This document shows positions 29,894 to 39,174 of a stretch of 64,000 bases of DNA, piece by piece. Within the stretch, counting starts at the first letter, position 1; every line of letters begins with the position of its first letter. This stretch comes from Candidatus Curtissbacteria bacterium. GTDB taxonomy: Bacteria > Patescibacteriota > Microgenomatia > Curtissbacterales > GWA2-41-24. The stretch covers positions 26,528-90,527 of the forward strand of contig JANLHP010000013.1 in assembly GCA_024654445.1 (NCBI GenBank). Direction: 5' to 3'. The position numbers and the translations under genes are program-made. The notes under the pieces were generated by a model, which was not told where the DNA came from, did no database searches, and saw only the letters and a list, made by a program, of their open reading frames with translations.

Positions 29894-30936
29894 TGAGCGT
29901 CACACTGTCCAAGAAAGATAAATTGATGCTTATCAGCAATTTGGGAACGATGCTGACGGCTGGTATTCCGATCTTGGAAGCCGTAGAGTCACTTGCTTCA
30001 GACTCAAAAGGGAATCAGAAGAAAATCATCGAAACTCTACACGCAGATCTTAATCAGGGAAGAACCATCTCAAGTTCGTTTGCTAAATTTCCAAAAGCTT
30101 TTGACCCTGTTACTGTAAATTTAGTTAAGGCGGCAGAAGAGTCGGGCACGCTTGATTCTTCGTTAAAAGATTTAACGGTTGGTATCAAGAAGGACATGGA
30201 GTTTACGGAAAAGGTAAAGGGTGCGATAACTTATCCTGTTTTTGTAATTATTGTTTTTGTCGGCGTGCTTCTTTTGATACTAACTTTTGTTATCCCGCGT
30301 ATATCTAGTGTGTTTAGCAGGCTTAATGTTGACTTGCCTCTTCCTACAAGAATTCTTATTAATTTTTCAGATCTCCTTTTGGGTAAGACAATTCCAGTGA
30401 TTGCTGTGTTGGCTGTTCTTGTTGTAGGTATAGTCTTTTTGTACAAAACGAGGAAGAAAACGCTATTAAATGTTATTTTGTCCTTGCCAATTTTAAAGCG
30501 GCTTGCGAGAGATATTGATTTAACAAGGTTTTGCCGCAGCATGTCACTTCTTCTGACATCTGGTATTCCGATTACCGAAGCCCTTGATCTGTCGAGTAAT
30601 GTAGTAACAAAAAAGGAAGTTTCCAGAGCGATAGAAACTGCTAAAAAATTTGTCGCTGCCGGCAGAAAACTTTCGGAGAGCTTTAAGGAAAATTCAAAAG
30701 TTATTCCAAGCATTATGATCAGAATTACAGAAGCCGGAGAGAGGAGTGGGACACTTGAAAAGTCTATGCAGGACATTTCGGAATATTTTGAAGGTGAAGT
30801 TACGAGAAGACTCCGAACTCTGACGTCACTACTCGAACCGTTAATGCTAGTCTTTATTGGACTATTGGTCGGTGGCATGATGCTTGCAATTATCGCGCCA
30901 ATTTACGGGCTGATCGGTAATATTGGCGCAAGATGA
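29893..30936 (+). CDS. pilC: type IV pilus platform protein (GspF/PilC family)
   Basis: Two GspF-type repeats and three TM segments. ATGA overlap with pilB. Confidence 0.85.
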   Translation: MSVTLSKKDKLMLISNLGTMLTAGIPILEAVESLASDSKGNQKKIIETLHADLNQGRTISSSFAKFPKAFDPVTVNLVKAAEESGTLDSSLKDLTVGIKKDMEFTEKVKGAITYPVFVIIVFVGVLLLILTFVIPRISSVFSRLNVDLPLPTRILINFSDLLLGKTIPVIAVLAVLVVGIVFLYKTRKKTLLNVILSLPILKRLARDIDLTRFCRSMSLLLTSGIPITEALDLSSNVVTKKEVSRAIETAKKFVAAGRKLSESFKENSKVIPSIMIRITEAGERSGTLEKSMQDISEYFEGEVTRRLRTLTSLLEPLMLVFIGLLVGGMMLAIIAPIYGLIGNIGAR

Positions 30937-31424
30937 GCCTACTTTCTAAAAAAAAGAGAAAATTCGGCTTTACTCTCGTTGAGGTCATCATAGTTGGTGG
31001 ACTCTTTGCTCTTGTTGCTTCTTTTTCCGCAATTAACATCTTAAGAAGTCAAACGCACAGCACCTTGGTCTCGCAAGTTACAATTTTTGTTTCTGATAGT
31101 AGGTCACAGCAAGTGAGAGCAATGGCGGGGGATTCGCAAGGACAATCGACTTCAGGTGATTGGGGGATACACCTAGAGAATAACAGGTATGTCTTATTTC
31201 GCGGATCAACATATTCTGCGGGAGATGGTGGGAATTTTATCGTCAACCTAGGCTCTACTATGGCCATCAGTTGGACATTGCCAACGGCGGACATAGTTTT
31301 TGTCAAAAGGAGCGGAGAGGTAGTTTCATACACCGAAGGTGCCAACACCGTTACTTTCACCAATAGCGCAAGTGGCGAACATGCGCAACTGACAATTAAT
31401 CGCTACGGGAGTATTTCGAGATGA
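30933..31424 (+). CDS. pseudopilin (prepilin-type N-terminal cleavage/methylation domain)
   Basis: N-terminus KFGFTLVEVIIVGGLFALV. Confidence 0.7.
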   Translation: MSLLSKKKRKFGFTLVEVIIVGGLFALVASFSAINILRSQTHSTLVSQVTIFVSDSRSQQVRAMAGDSQGQSTSGDWGIHLENNRYVLFRGSTYSAGDGGNFIVNLGSTMAISWTLPTADIVFVKRSGEVVSYTEGANTVTFTNSASGEHAQLTINRYGSISR

Positions 31425-33313
31425 TTATGCACTTTTCAAAAGGGCAATTTTTGGTTGAACTGTTGGTCGCAATTGGGCTGACGTCTGTGATATTGCCGGC
31501 GCTTTTGACTGGCTTTGTGGCGTCTCGGGAAGGAAGGGACCAGGAGGGGCAGAGATTGGTTGCCACGGGTCTTGCGCGTGAAGCGCAGGATGCGACGAGG
31601 AGTGTGAGGAGTAGGACGAACGGTTGGGATTACTTTACCAATGGGACATATTACCCTCGAATATCTGGAAGTGTCTGGGAGCTTGCTGCGGGAGTTGAAA
31701 CTATCGGTGATTTTACAAGACAAGTGGAAATAAGCGATGTCAGGCGTGATTCGGCTGGCATCATTGTTTCATCCGGCGGCACAATAGACCCATCTGCTAG
31801 AAAGGTTGTTATCCGAGTCTTGTGGGAAAAACCGCGTTCTTCAAATGTTACCTCGACGTTTTATGTAACGCGTTATTCAAGTTTGGTTTTTGTTGATACG
31901 ACAGACGCTGAATTCAACGCAGGGGTACGAAACGGTACAGTCGTTACGAATACTGCGGGGGGTGAAGTAACGCTTGGAGCTGGCGGTGGTGGAGATTGGT
32001 GCGCTCCTAATTTATCGATAAACCCTCTTGATTTACCCAAAAACGGTGTTGCTAATGCAATTTCTGCAATAGAAGGAAAGGTGGCAGCGGGAACGGGGGA
32101 GAATTCTTCTGGTGTTGCTTTTGCAAGTATTGGTGTTGCGAATACTAATCCGCCGACTTCTCAGGTGTCGGGAACTTTCGATGGATACAAAACGAACGGA
32201 GTTTTTACAGAAACAAACTATGCGTACCTCGCAACCGACAATAACTCGAAAGAAGTGGTAATTATTGACTTAACTCAACAAGTTGGTGGTAAATATGTCG
32301 AGGTTGGGTATTTTAATACGCCGAGTAGCAACGCGGATGGTTTAAGCGTCTATGTTGCTGGCAACATCGGATTTCTTACGACCGGTAGTCGACTTTATAC
32401 TTTCAATTTAACGAGCAAAACCGGTTCGAGAGCGCAACTTGCTAGTATTGCTCTGCCTGCAGCAGGAACAAAAGTCGTAGTTGTAGGTCAATACGCATAT
32501 ATTTCAATTGCGGGGCATACAAAAGAGTTACAAATTGTAAACTTCAATGGCGCCGGGACAACTCTCGCGAACCATGGTTACTCAGATGTAAATGGTGAAG
32601 CGGCATATGATGTTGCTGTCAATTTAACAGGTACTAGGGCTTATCTTGCGACAGCTGCATCAACAAGTCTTCGGGAGTTTTTTATAATCAATACAACAAA
32701 TAAATCATCGTCAAATCCTTCTCTGCCCCAGGTTGGTTCTTATGATGCAAGTGGTATGAGTCCGAAAGGGGTCGCAATTACCACCGGTAATAGAGCAATT
32801 TTGGTGGGAACCTCAGCAGAGGAGTATCAGGTGATTAACATTGCAAATGAAGCCACACCTGTAAGATGTGGAGGATTGCAGCTAGCAAATGGCGTAAATG
32901 ACGTGGCTGCGGTTCTGGAAGCAGACGGAGACGCTTATTCATATATCATCACGGGTGATTCGTCAAACGAGTTAAAAATCATAGAAGGGGGACCAGGTGG
33001 CACGTTTGTTACTTCCGGTAGCTTTGAATCCAGAACTTTTACGATGAGTGAGGAGATTGCTTTAAATCAACTTACCTTCACCGCAACCGAACCTTTGAGC
33101 ACGGATGTTAAGCTCCAAATTGCCATAAATGGCGATAACAGCACTTGGAGTTATTTTGGTCCGGACGGAACAGGGAGCACTTTTTTTCAGACTCAATCAC
33201 CGATCCCGCTCTCTTTGATTAATGGAACATATGTTCGTTATAAGGCTTTTTTGGAAGGTGACGGATTGTCTTCACCAATACTTTCGGATGTCAACATTTA
33301 CTATTCACCATGA
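31421..33313 (+). CDS. large pilin-like protein (630 aa), candidate tip adhesin/minor pilin
   Basis: Prepilin-like N-terminus KGQFLVELLVAIGLTSVILPALLTGF, followed by a long Gly/Thr/Ser-rich beta-type region. Confidence 0.65.
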   Translation: MIMHFSKGQFLVELLVAIGLTSVILPALLTGFVASREGRDQEGQRLVATGLAREAQDATRSVRSRTNGWDYFTNGTYYPRISGSVWELAAGVETIGDFTRQVEISDVRRDSAGIIVSSGGTIDPSARKVVIRVLWEKPRSSNVTSTFYVTRYSSLVFVDTTDAEFNAGVRNGTVVTNTAGGEVTLGAGGGGDWCAPNLSINPLDLPKNGVANAISAIEGKVAAGTGENSSGVAFASIGVANTNPPTSQVSGTFDGYKTNGVFTETNYAYLATDNNSKEVVIIDLTQQVGGKYVEVGYFNTPSSNADGLSVYVAGNIGFLTTGSRLYTFNLTSKTGSRAQLASIALPAAGTKVVVVGQYAYISIAGHTKELQIVNFNGAGTTLANHGYSDVNGEAAYDVAVNLTGTRAYLATAASTSLREFFIINTTNKSSSNPSLPQVGSYDASGMSPKGVAITTGNRAILVGTSAEEYQVINIANEATPVRCGGLQLANGVNDVAAVLEADGDAYSYIITGDSSNELKIIEGGPGGTFVTSGSFESRTFTMSEEIALNQLTFTATEPLSTDVKLQIAINGDNSTWSYFGPDGTGSTFFQTQSPIPLSLINGTYVRYKAFLEGDGLSSPILSDVNIYYSP

Positions 33314-33810
33314 AGAAACTAAATTTGCTTTTTAAACCCGGTTACAGCTTAGTAGAGTTTTTGATGTATTTTGCACTGATTTCGATATTTTTGATTGTGC
33401 TTACACAAATGTTTGTTTCGATTCTCGAAGTACAAACCGAATCGGAAGCAACGTCTTCCGTCGACCTCGACGGTCGCTTCATTCTAGCAAGGTTGATTTA
33501 TGATATTTCAAGATCTACAACGGTAACTACTCCCCAAAACCCAGGTAATAGTTCTTCTAGCTTGCTTTTAGTTATTGGTGGAGCGAACTTTACCTATAGC
33601 GAAAGCGGAGGAGCTTTTGTGCTCACTAACAATTTGGGTGCCGGGAATTTAAACAGTTCCGAAACACAAATTTCGGCGCTAAATTTTACAAAGCTTGGAG
33701 AAGCCGGCGGAAAAGAAACGATAAAATTTACTTTTACGTTAAGTAGCCGTGTCCAGAGGCCTTCCGGGCCCGAGGTGAAAACTTTTGGGACAACCGTTGA
33801 AAGGAGATGA
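33310..33810 (+). CDS. pseudopilin
   Basis: N-terminus GYSLVEFLMYFALISIFLIVLTQ. Confidence 0.65.
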   Translation: MKKLNLLFKPGYSLVEFLMYFALISIFLIVLTQMFVSILEVQTESEATSSVDLDGRFILARLIYDISRSTTVTTPQNPGNSSSSLLLVIGGANFTYSESGGAFVLTNNLGAGNLNSSETQISALNFTKLGEAGGKETIKFTFTLSSRVQRPSGPEVKTFGTTVERR

Positions 33811-33902
33811 ATTAATTTCTAATTCAAAATTTCTAATTTCTAATGAATGTTTGAATTATTTAATTATTAAAACATTAAAGAATTGATTAAAAATTAAGAA
33901 TT

Positions 33903-34325
33903 ATGAATGTTCTCGATTTCTCTCGAACAAGAAAAGGTAGACAAGTTCTCAAATCTCGGAGTGGGATGGTTCTTGTGACCCTGCTTGTTTTCATGGCAGT
34001 GGGAATTATAATCACGTCGGCAGCTGTTGTTATCGTCCTTGTTAATTCGCAGGCGACCTCACGTTTTTTCCTAGGAGAGGAAGCATATGCCGCTGCTGAA
34101 TCCGGAGCGGAAAACGCGATTTTGAGGTTGCAGCGGGATCCCAATTATGCGGGAGAATCGGGTATGATAATAGGAAGAGGAACGGCGAATATTACAGTTT
34201 CGGGATCATCGACCAAAACAATTGTTTCCGAATCAACAGTCGGAAGTTATAAGCGGAAAATACAAGTAGTGGGAAATTACCAAAATTTTATATTTACCCC
34301 TACGAGTTGGGTAGAGATTAACTAA
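33903..34325 (+). CDS. pseudopilin (PilX-like)
   Basis: N-terminal hydrophobic segment GMVLVTLLVFMAVGIIITSAAVVIVLV. Confidence 0.6.
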   Translation: MNVLDFSRTRKGRQVLKSRSGMVLVTLLVFMAVGIIITSAAVVIVLVNSQATSRFFLGEEAYAAAESGAENAILRLQRDPNYAGESGMIIGRGTANITVSGSSTKTIVSESTVGSYKRKIQVVGNYQNFIFTPTSWVEIN

Positions 34326-34329
34326 AATT

Positions 34330-35034
34330 ATGTTTTTTGGCGGCGGAAGATTTATCGTTTATGTTAGAAGTAATGCAATAGTCCTTGGTGTTAAAGGGAT
34401 GTCGGATCAGAGTTTACCTCTGGGCGCTGATGTTGTTAAGAATTTGGACGTTTTAGACCCTGATAAATTTGCAAAACTTGTTGGCGATTTTTTTGGCAAG
34501 TATAAACTAAAAGGAAAGAAGGCAGTTATAGTAATAGGGGCCGACTTGGTTTTTGAAAAAATAATTGTGAGTAGCGCTGACGATTTGGTGGCTGCCGAAA
34601 AATTTTTTAATGAGGTTCCGACTGATGCTAAAAATATTTCTAAAAAGATAATCAAAGAAGGCAAAAATGTAAGGTTGGTTGCTGTAAATGGTGGTTTTTT
34701 TACTCCGGTAGTCGCGTCACTCAGGAGCCTTGGCGCAGAATCTGAGGTTGTTTTGCCTGCTACTGTTTTGGGTTTAGGAAATGAGGCAGTGGGAGCAGGC
34801 GATATTGGCAAAATTACAAGCAATAAGATGGCGATGTCGAGCGCTAATTTTTTGGATCGTGGAAAGGAAGAAAAACCTAAGAAAGAAGAACTCTTGAAGC
34901 CTGTTGAAGCTGGCAACAAAGAGGGAGAAATTGAGAGCCTGAGAAAAAATCAACTCGTGCTTTTGGCTTTAGGAGTTATTTTGGTTCTAGGCGCGGGCTT
35001 GCTTTTTGCATACGCGTTTGGATTTTTTAGTTAA
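34330..35034 (+). CDS. putative pilus assembly protein with C-terminal TM (PilM/PilN-like)
   Basis: Position within the pilus operon. C-terminal TM LVLLALGVILVLGAGLLFAYAF. Confidence 0.4.
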   Translation: MFFGGGRFIVYVRSNAIVLGVKGMSDQSLPLGADVVKNLDVLDPDKFAKLVGDFFGKYKLKGKKAVIVIGADLVFEKIIVSSADDLVAAEKFFNEVPTDAKNISKKIIKEGKNVRLVAVNGGFFTPVVASLRSLGAESEVVLPATVLGLGNEAVGAGDIGKITSNKMAMSSANFLDRGKEEKPKKEELLKPVEAGNKEGEIESLRKNQLVLLALGVILVLGAGLLFAYAFGFFS

Positions 35035-35048
35035 TTTTCTTTTGCCTA

Positions 35049-35588
35049 TTGACAAGCATTTGGTGTTTATTAAAAAATGAGAGAGTAGTACAAAAAATGA
35101 TCCTGCCTAAATACAGAAACGCACAAGGTTTCACACTCATTGAGCTTTTAGTCGTTATTGGTATTCTTGCTATTCTTCTCGCGATAGTCTTAGTCGCGAT
35201 TAACCCCGCCAGGCAATTTTCTCAGGCCAACAATACTCAGAGGAAGAGTGATGTAAACGCGATACTTAACGCGATTCACCAGTATGCTGTTGACAACAAT
35301 GGTAACACTTCTGCACTGGGTATTGATGGGACGGTGAGAACTATTACGTCAACTGTGGGAGCGACAAATGTTAATCTTTGTGAAGCTAATGAATTAGTAC
35401 CGACTTATATCGCGGATCTTCCGCTTGACCCACAAGATGGTACGGAGGATCCTGCTAGGTCTGTTTGTACCGATGTTGGAGCAACATACAATACAGGATA
35501 TACTGTAGTTGTGAGTGCGACCGACAATAGGGTAACTGTAGCTGCTCCGGGGGCAGAACTTTCCGAAATTATAACGGTTACCAGATAA
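35049..35588 (+). CDS. pilA: type IV major pilin
   Basis: Class III signal with G/F cleavage site: AQGFTLIELLVVIGILAILLAIVLVAINP. Confidence 0.8.
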   Translation: MTSIWCLLKNERVVQKMILPKYRNAQGFTLIELLVVIGILAILLAIVLVAINPARQFSQANNTQRKSDVNAILNAIHQYAVDNNGNTSALGIDGTVRTITSTVGATNVNLCEANELVPTYIADLPLDPQDGTEDPARSVCTDVGATYNTGYTVVVSATDNRVTVAAPGAELSEIITVTR

Positions 35589-35857
35589 GACTTCCGTTCT
35601 TTCCATCTTCTTTAGGCTCCACAGGCTTTTGTTGAGGACCACAAGAACTGTTACTAAGTTCTTTAGACCCGCAGATCTACTGAGTAGATCGAGGATTGCA
35701 AGAATTTGTTACCAGGTTCTTACAATCTTTTGATGATTTCTTAATGTATGTTTCGTATCATACGTGTCAATGTCCCATTACATTCGGCCAGTATCTACAC
35801 ACGACAGAAGTCCCCCATAAGACTCAGCCACCCGAGGTATTAATAAAAAAACATTAC

Positions 35858-35880
35858 TCCGCCAAAAGCGGATTTTTTTT
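35858..35880 (+). terminator. Rho-independent terminator (TCCGC-CAAAA-GCGGA followed by T8)
   Basis: Hairpin plus poly-T read from the sequence, 270 nt downstream of pilA. Confidence 0.7.
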
Positions 35881-35920
35881 GATGCTAAAATAAACAACAT
35901 GTATGCAGAGGAGGTGAGGC

Positions 35921-36304
35921 TTGATGGATAGTGTAGTTCATTTTGAAATACCGACAGATGATTTAGCGAGGGCTAATAAATTTTATAGTTCAGCTTTTGG
36001 CTGGAATATGATTTCGGAGACTGGACACGATTACGTGCTCGTTATGACTGCTGAAAGTGACGAGAAAGGTCCGAAAGAGCGAGCGAGGATAAACGGGGGA
36101 ATGTTAAAGAGACAGGGGCCGATTACCAACATAGTAATTACTATAAATGTGGACGATATCGACGAAGCGCTTCGTAAAATAGAAGAGGCCGGAGGTAAGA
36201 CGATTCGTGGGAAGCAGCCGGTTGGGGAAGCGGGGTTTGCCGCGTATTTTACTGACACCGAAGGGAACGTCGTTGGCCTTTGGGAGAACGCAAGCAAAAG
36301 TTAA
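35921..36304 (+). CDS. VOC-family (glyoxalase/bleomycin-resistance fold) protein
   Basis: HFEIPTDDLARANKFYSSAFGW ... GNVVGLWE. Confidence 0.75.
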   Translation: MMDSVVHFEIPTDDLARANKFYSSAFGWNMISETGHDYVLVMTAESDEKGPKERARINGGMLKRQGPITNIVITINVDDIDEALRKIEEAGGKTIRGKQPVGEAGFAAYFTDTEGNVVGLWENASKS

Positions 36305-37647
36305 CTTTTTTCTCTCGCCCGAGGCTTTAGGATGTCTTCCCAGTAAAGCTTTGCAACGTTCTTATAAGGTAGGGGCAAAGAACTTTCAGATAAACCAAGT
36401 TCCTTAAGAGCCGGGAGCGACCTATGGTCGAGTATCGCTGCCTCATTCAGATAACCCTTGCCTGCTTTAACTAATTTTTTATCAAGCAGCCATCCGAGTA
36501 AGTATGACAGATCTTTAGTCATCGCGAATTTCTTTGTATTTTTCGTATTTATATGTCCTCGCATGACCCGATAGGTTGTTTTCCAAGCGCTTTCGAGGGC
36601 TTTTTCCCAAGACTCATCATCAATATATTTTGGTAGCTTTTGACTTGTTGGAATCTTTAATTCTGTTCTTAAATGGCGTTCAATTTGGTCTTCGAAAATT
36701 TTAAAGAATGATTTTCCATCTTGGGCCATTTGAGTCGCGAAAACAAAGAAAGGCTTAGGTGTACCGGATTCTTCTCCAAAGAATTCCAGTCTGAAGGCTT
36801 CGTCGTATCTTTTTGCCAGACCTTCATATAATTCTTCTGAATCAATTTTTAGATTGCTCCCGCCTACTGCGAATAGCAATTGTCCATTAACTGATTGCCT
36901 TGAATGGCCTTCAACTTCGTGCCCGATAAGCTCTAGTAGCTTGTCGCCAGTTACTTCTCTGTCTGCGGGTATAGAAATTCTGGGGCCGGTTTTGGATTTG
37001 TCACGAACATCAATCGAAGTCGAGGTCTTGCTTATTGAAACTCTGAATGCCGGCCCATTTTGTTTTTCGTCTTGTAAGATTCCGTATTCTGCCAGTGCCC
37101 ACTCAAAAGCTTCTTTTATTTGTCTTGCATTTAACTTTAAGTTTTTTAGATATTCCTGCTCGTCGTGTGTAAGTAGTGCTTTTTGCACGGGTAGAGCACT
37201 TTGGGGTGACGTCAATCTTTCGTAGCTTTTATTTGCGACCCTAATTAAATTCTTAGTCAGACGAGGATACTTTTGAGAAAAAGCTTTTGCGATTTTACTT
37301 TCGTCTTTTTGTTTTATTCCTTCTATTAGAAGACAGTTGGAAAGATTGTCTTCTATATTCAGATACAGGATTCGCTTAACCACTTTTTCGAGGGATGATT
37401 TCGGCTTCAGGCTCGCAACTTCGTCTTTAAGCTTAAGGAGCAGTCTTTTATTTTTTGCTACCTTGAGCGTATTTGCGTGAGAATAAGTAAATTTTGGGTT
37501 ATAAGATTTATCTTTCCCGAATGCAGCAAATACTTTTTCTTTCTCTTTTTTCAGTGAGGTTGGGTCGGGAGTATAGATTTCGACAGGGTTCCACATTCCC
37601 GAAATTCCAGAGACCTTTCTTGTAATTTTTGCTAAATCACCTGACAT
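36301..37647 (-). CDS. HExxH-motif protein resembling the DUF1704 (QEGLA-motif) family; putative metallopeptidase-like
   Basis: IGHEVEGHS (HExxH) and YEGLAKRYDE. 448 aa. Confidence 0.6.
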   Translation of the reverse strand: MSGDLAKITRKVSGISGMWNPVEIYTPDPTSLKKEKEKVFAAFGKDKSYNPKFTYSHANTLKVAKNKRLLLKLKDEVASLKPKSSLEKVVKRILYLNIEDNLSNCLLIEGIKQKDESKIAKAFSQKYPRLTKNLIRVANKSYERLTSPQSALPVQKALLTHDEQEYLKNLKLNARQIKEAFEWALAEYGILQDEKQNGPAFRVSISKTSTSIDVRDKSKTGPRISIPADREVTGDKLLELIGHEVEGHSRQSVNGQLLFAVGGSNLKIDSEELYEGLAKRYDEAFRLEFFGEESGTPKPFFVFATQMAQDGKSFFKIFEDQIERHLRTELKIPTSQKLPKYIDDESWEKALESAWKTTYRVMRGHINTKNTKKFAMTKDLSYLLGWLLDKKLVKAGKGYLNEAAILDHRSLPALKELGLSESSLPLPYKNVAKLYWEDILKPRAREKS

Positions 37648-37796
37648 AAGAATTTAATTGCTGAATTGCTGATTGTTAGATTGTTAAATTGACTGGATGG
37701 CATTTATAATTTTAACAAGAATCTAAAGAGATTTTCTTTCTGACTTATTACAGCTCTTTAATTAAATTTCTAAAATGATTTGTATCATTTTAAAAA

Positions 37797-37970
37797 ATGG
37801 CTAAGTATAGCAAGAAAGCACAGGAGCAGGCTGGTGAAGCCATGCATAAAATGAAGCATGGCAAACTTAAGAGCGGGAAAAGTGACAAAACTGTAAAGAG
37901 CAAGAAACAAGCAATAGCAATTGGGCTTGAGGCGAGAAAAAAAGGTGCCAAGGTACCTTCTCCAAAATAG
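37797..37970 (+). CDS. small basic protein (57 aa) of a widespread family ending ...AIAIGLEARKKGAKVP
   Basis: Hand translation gives MAKYSKKAQEQAGEAMHKMKHGKLKSGKSDKTVKSKKQAIAIGLEARKKGAKVPSPK. It is below the ORF-track size cut-off and on the strand opposite the track's 37790..37996 ORF. Confidence 0.55.
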   Translation: MAKYSKKAQEQAGEAMHKMKHGKLKSGKSDKTVKSKKQAIAIGLEARKKGAKVPSPK

Positions 37971-37999
37971 GTGATATAATCGAGACCACTTTTCAATCC

Positions 38000-39049
38000 A
38001 TGCGTATTTTTGTTGCTGCCATTATTACTCTTGTTGTCTTGATATCGGGTTTCGTTCTTTATTCTAGAGTTGATCGTTCAGCTGGTGATATTACTGTTCT
38101 TCTGACAGACGAGTTAAACACCGATGACAATATGGGGGAGGCAGAAGTCGGGCTGCACGAGCTTTCGATAGAAGGACTGAGAGGCGGCGAGTATCCAGGA
38201 AGTGACATTACGATTGAGCAGGCGCTTGACCCGGGTTCTAACTATCAGCGATACATTGCTTCTTATAGATCGGAAGGTTTGAAAATTTACGCCCTTTTGG
38301 CAATCCCAAACGGGCCGAAACCTCGAGGGGGATATCCTACAATTATTTTTAATCACGGATATATTCCACCAGCTCAATACAGAACGACGGAACGATATGT
38401 TGCGTACGTGGATGGGTTTGCAAGAAATGGATACATAGTTTTTAGGTCCGATTACCGAGGACATGGAAATTCTGAAGGTAGCCCTTCAGGAGCGTATGGG
38501 TCGAATGACTACACGATAGATGTATTAAATGCGGTTGCATCTCTTAAAAAGCACCCAGATGTAGACGAGAGCAAAATCGGTATGTGGGGACATAGCATGG
38601 GAGGGCATATTACTCTCAGGAATATGGTTGCAAAGAGTGATGTTAAAGCGGGAGTTATATGGGCGGGTGTTGTAGCTTCTTATCCGGATCTTATAAACAG
38701 GTGGAGAAGGGGGAACAGGCCGTCTCCAACACCACTGCCCGGTGGTGCGAGAAGGTGGAGACAACTACTCGTGGAACAATATGGTGAGCCGGAAAAAAAT
38801 CCGCAGTTCTGGAATTCAATTTCTGCCAACTCATACCTTGCCGATATTTCAGGCCCGATACAGCTTCATCACGGTACACATGATACTTCTGTACCAGTTG
38901 AATTTTCGCAAAAACTGGACGAGCAATTAAAAGCGGTGGGCACAGTGTCGGAACTAAACGTATATCAAGGAGACGATCATAATTTAAGCGCTAACTTTAA
39001 CACTGCTATGCAAAGATCTATTGAGTTTTTCGACCGATACCTGAAGTAG
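38000..39049 (+). CDS. membrane-anchored alpha/beta hydrolase (S9/dienelactone-hydrolase-like), paralog A
   Basis: N-terminal TM, nucleophile elbow GHSMGG, catalytic Asp/His region DDHN. Confidence 0.75.
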   Translation: MRIFVAAIITLVVLISGFVLYSRVDRSAGDITVLLTDELNTDDNMGEAEVGLHELSIEGLRGGEYPGSDITIEQALDPGSNYQRYIASYRSEGLKIYALLAIPNGPKPRGGYPTIIFNHGYIPPAQYRTTERYVAYVDGFARNGYIVFRSDYRGHGNSEGSPSGAYGSNDYTIDVLNAVASLKKHPDVDESKIGMWGHSMGGHITLRNMVAKSDVKAGVIWAGVVASYPDLINRWRRGNRPSPTPLPGGARRWRQLLVEQYGEPEKNPQFWNSISANSYLADISGPIQLHHGTHDTSVPVEFSQKLDEQLKAVGTVSELNVYQGDDHNLSANFNTAMQRSIEFFDRYLK

Positions 39050-39098
39050 AGTAAAAGGGGATAGAGTTTAGGGTTAAGAATTGGATAGCGTTCAAGGT

Positions 39099-39167
39099 GA
39101 GATCCTTGTCATTCAGTGCCATGCGGTCCTCGTCCTTCGGACTGCGGACCTAAGGGGTCTCACTTGG
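39099..39167. repeat. structured repeat (copy R3): CAAGG-TGAGAT-CCTTG hairpin plus a GTCC-TTCG-GGAC (UUCG tetraloop) module
   Basis: Shares CAGTGCCATRCGGTCCTCGTCCYTCG with the ychF-internal copy. Contains the reverse complement of ATCTCACCTTG. Confidence 0.5.
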
Positions 39168-39174
39168 GCTTAAT

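Noticed and set aside
35589-35857. Search for SRP RNA, tmRNA, RNase P RNA and 6S RNA in the long spacers (35589-35857, 48855-49780).
   Set aside because: I could not find the diagnostic SRP domain IV (GGAAGCAGC), a tmRNA tRNA-like end or tag ORF ending ALAA, or RNase P P4 motifs by eye. A covariance-model search is needed before calling any ncRNA.
37790-37996. ORF-track minus-strand ORF of 68 aa, very hydrophobic and Cys-rich.
   Set aside because: The opposite strand encodes a 57-aa protein with a recognisable conserved C-terminal motif (AIAIGLEARKKGAKVP). The minus-strand ORF is its shadow.
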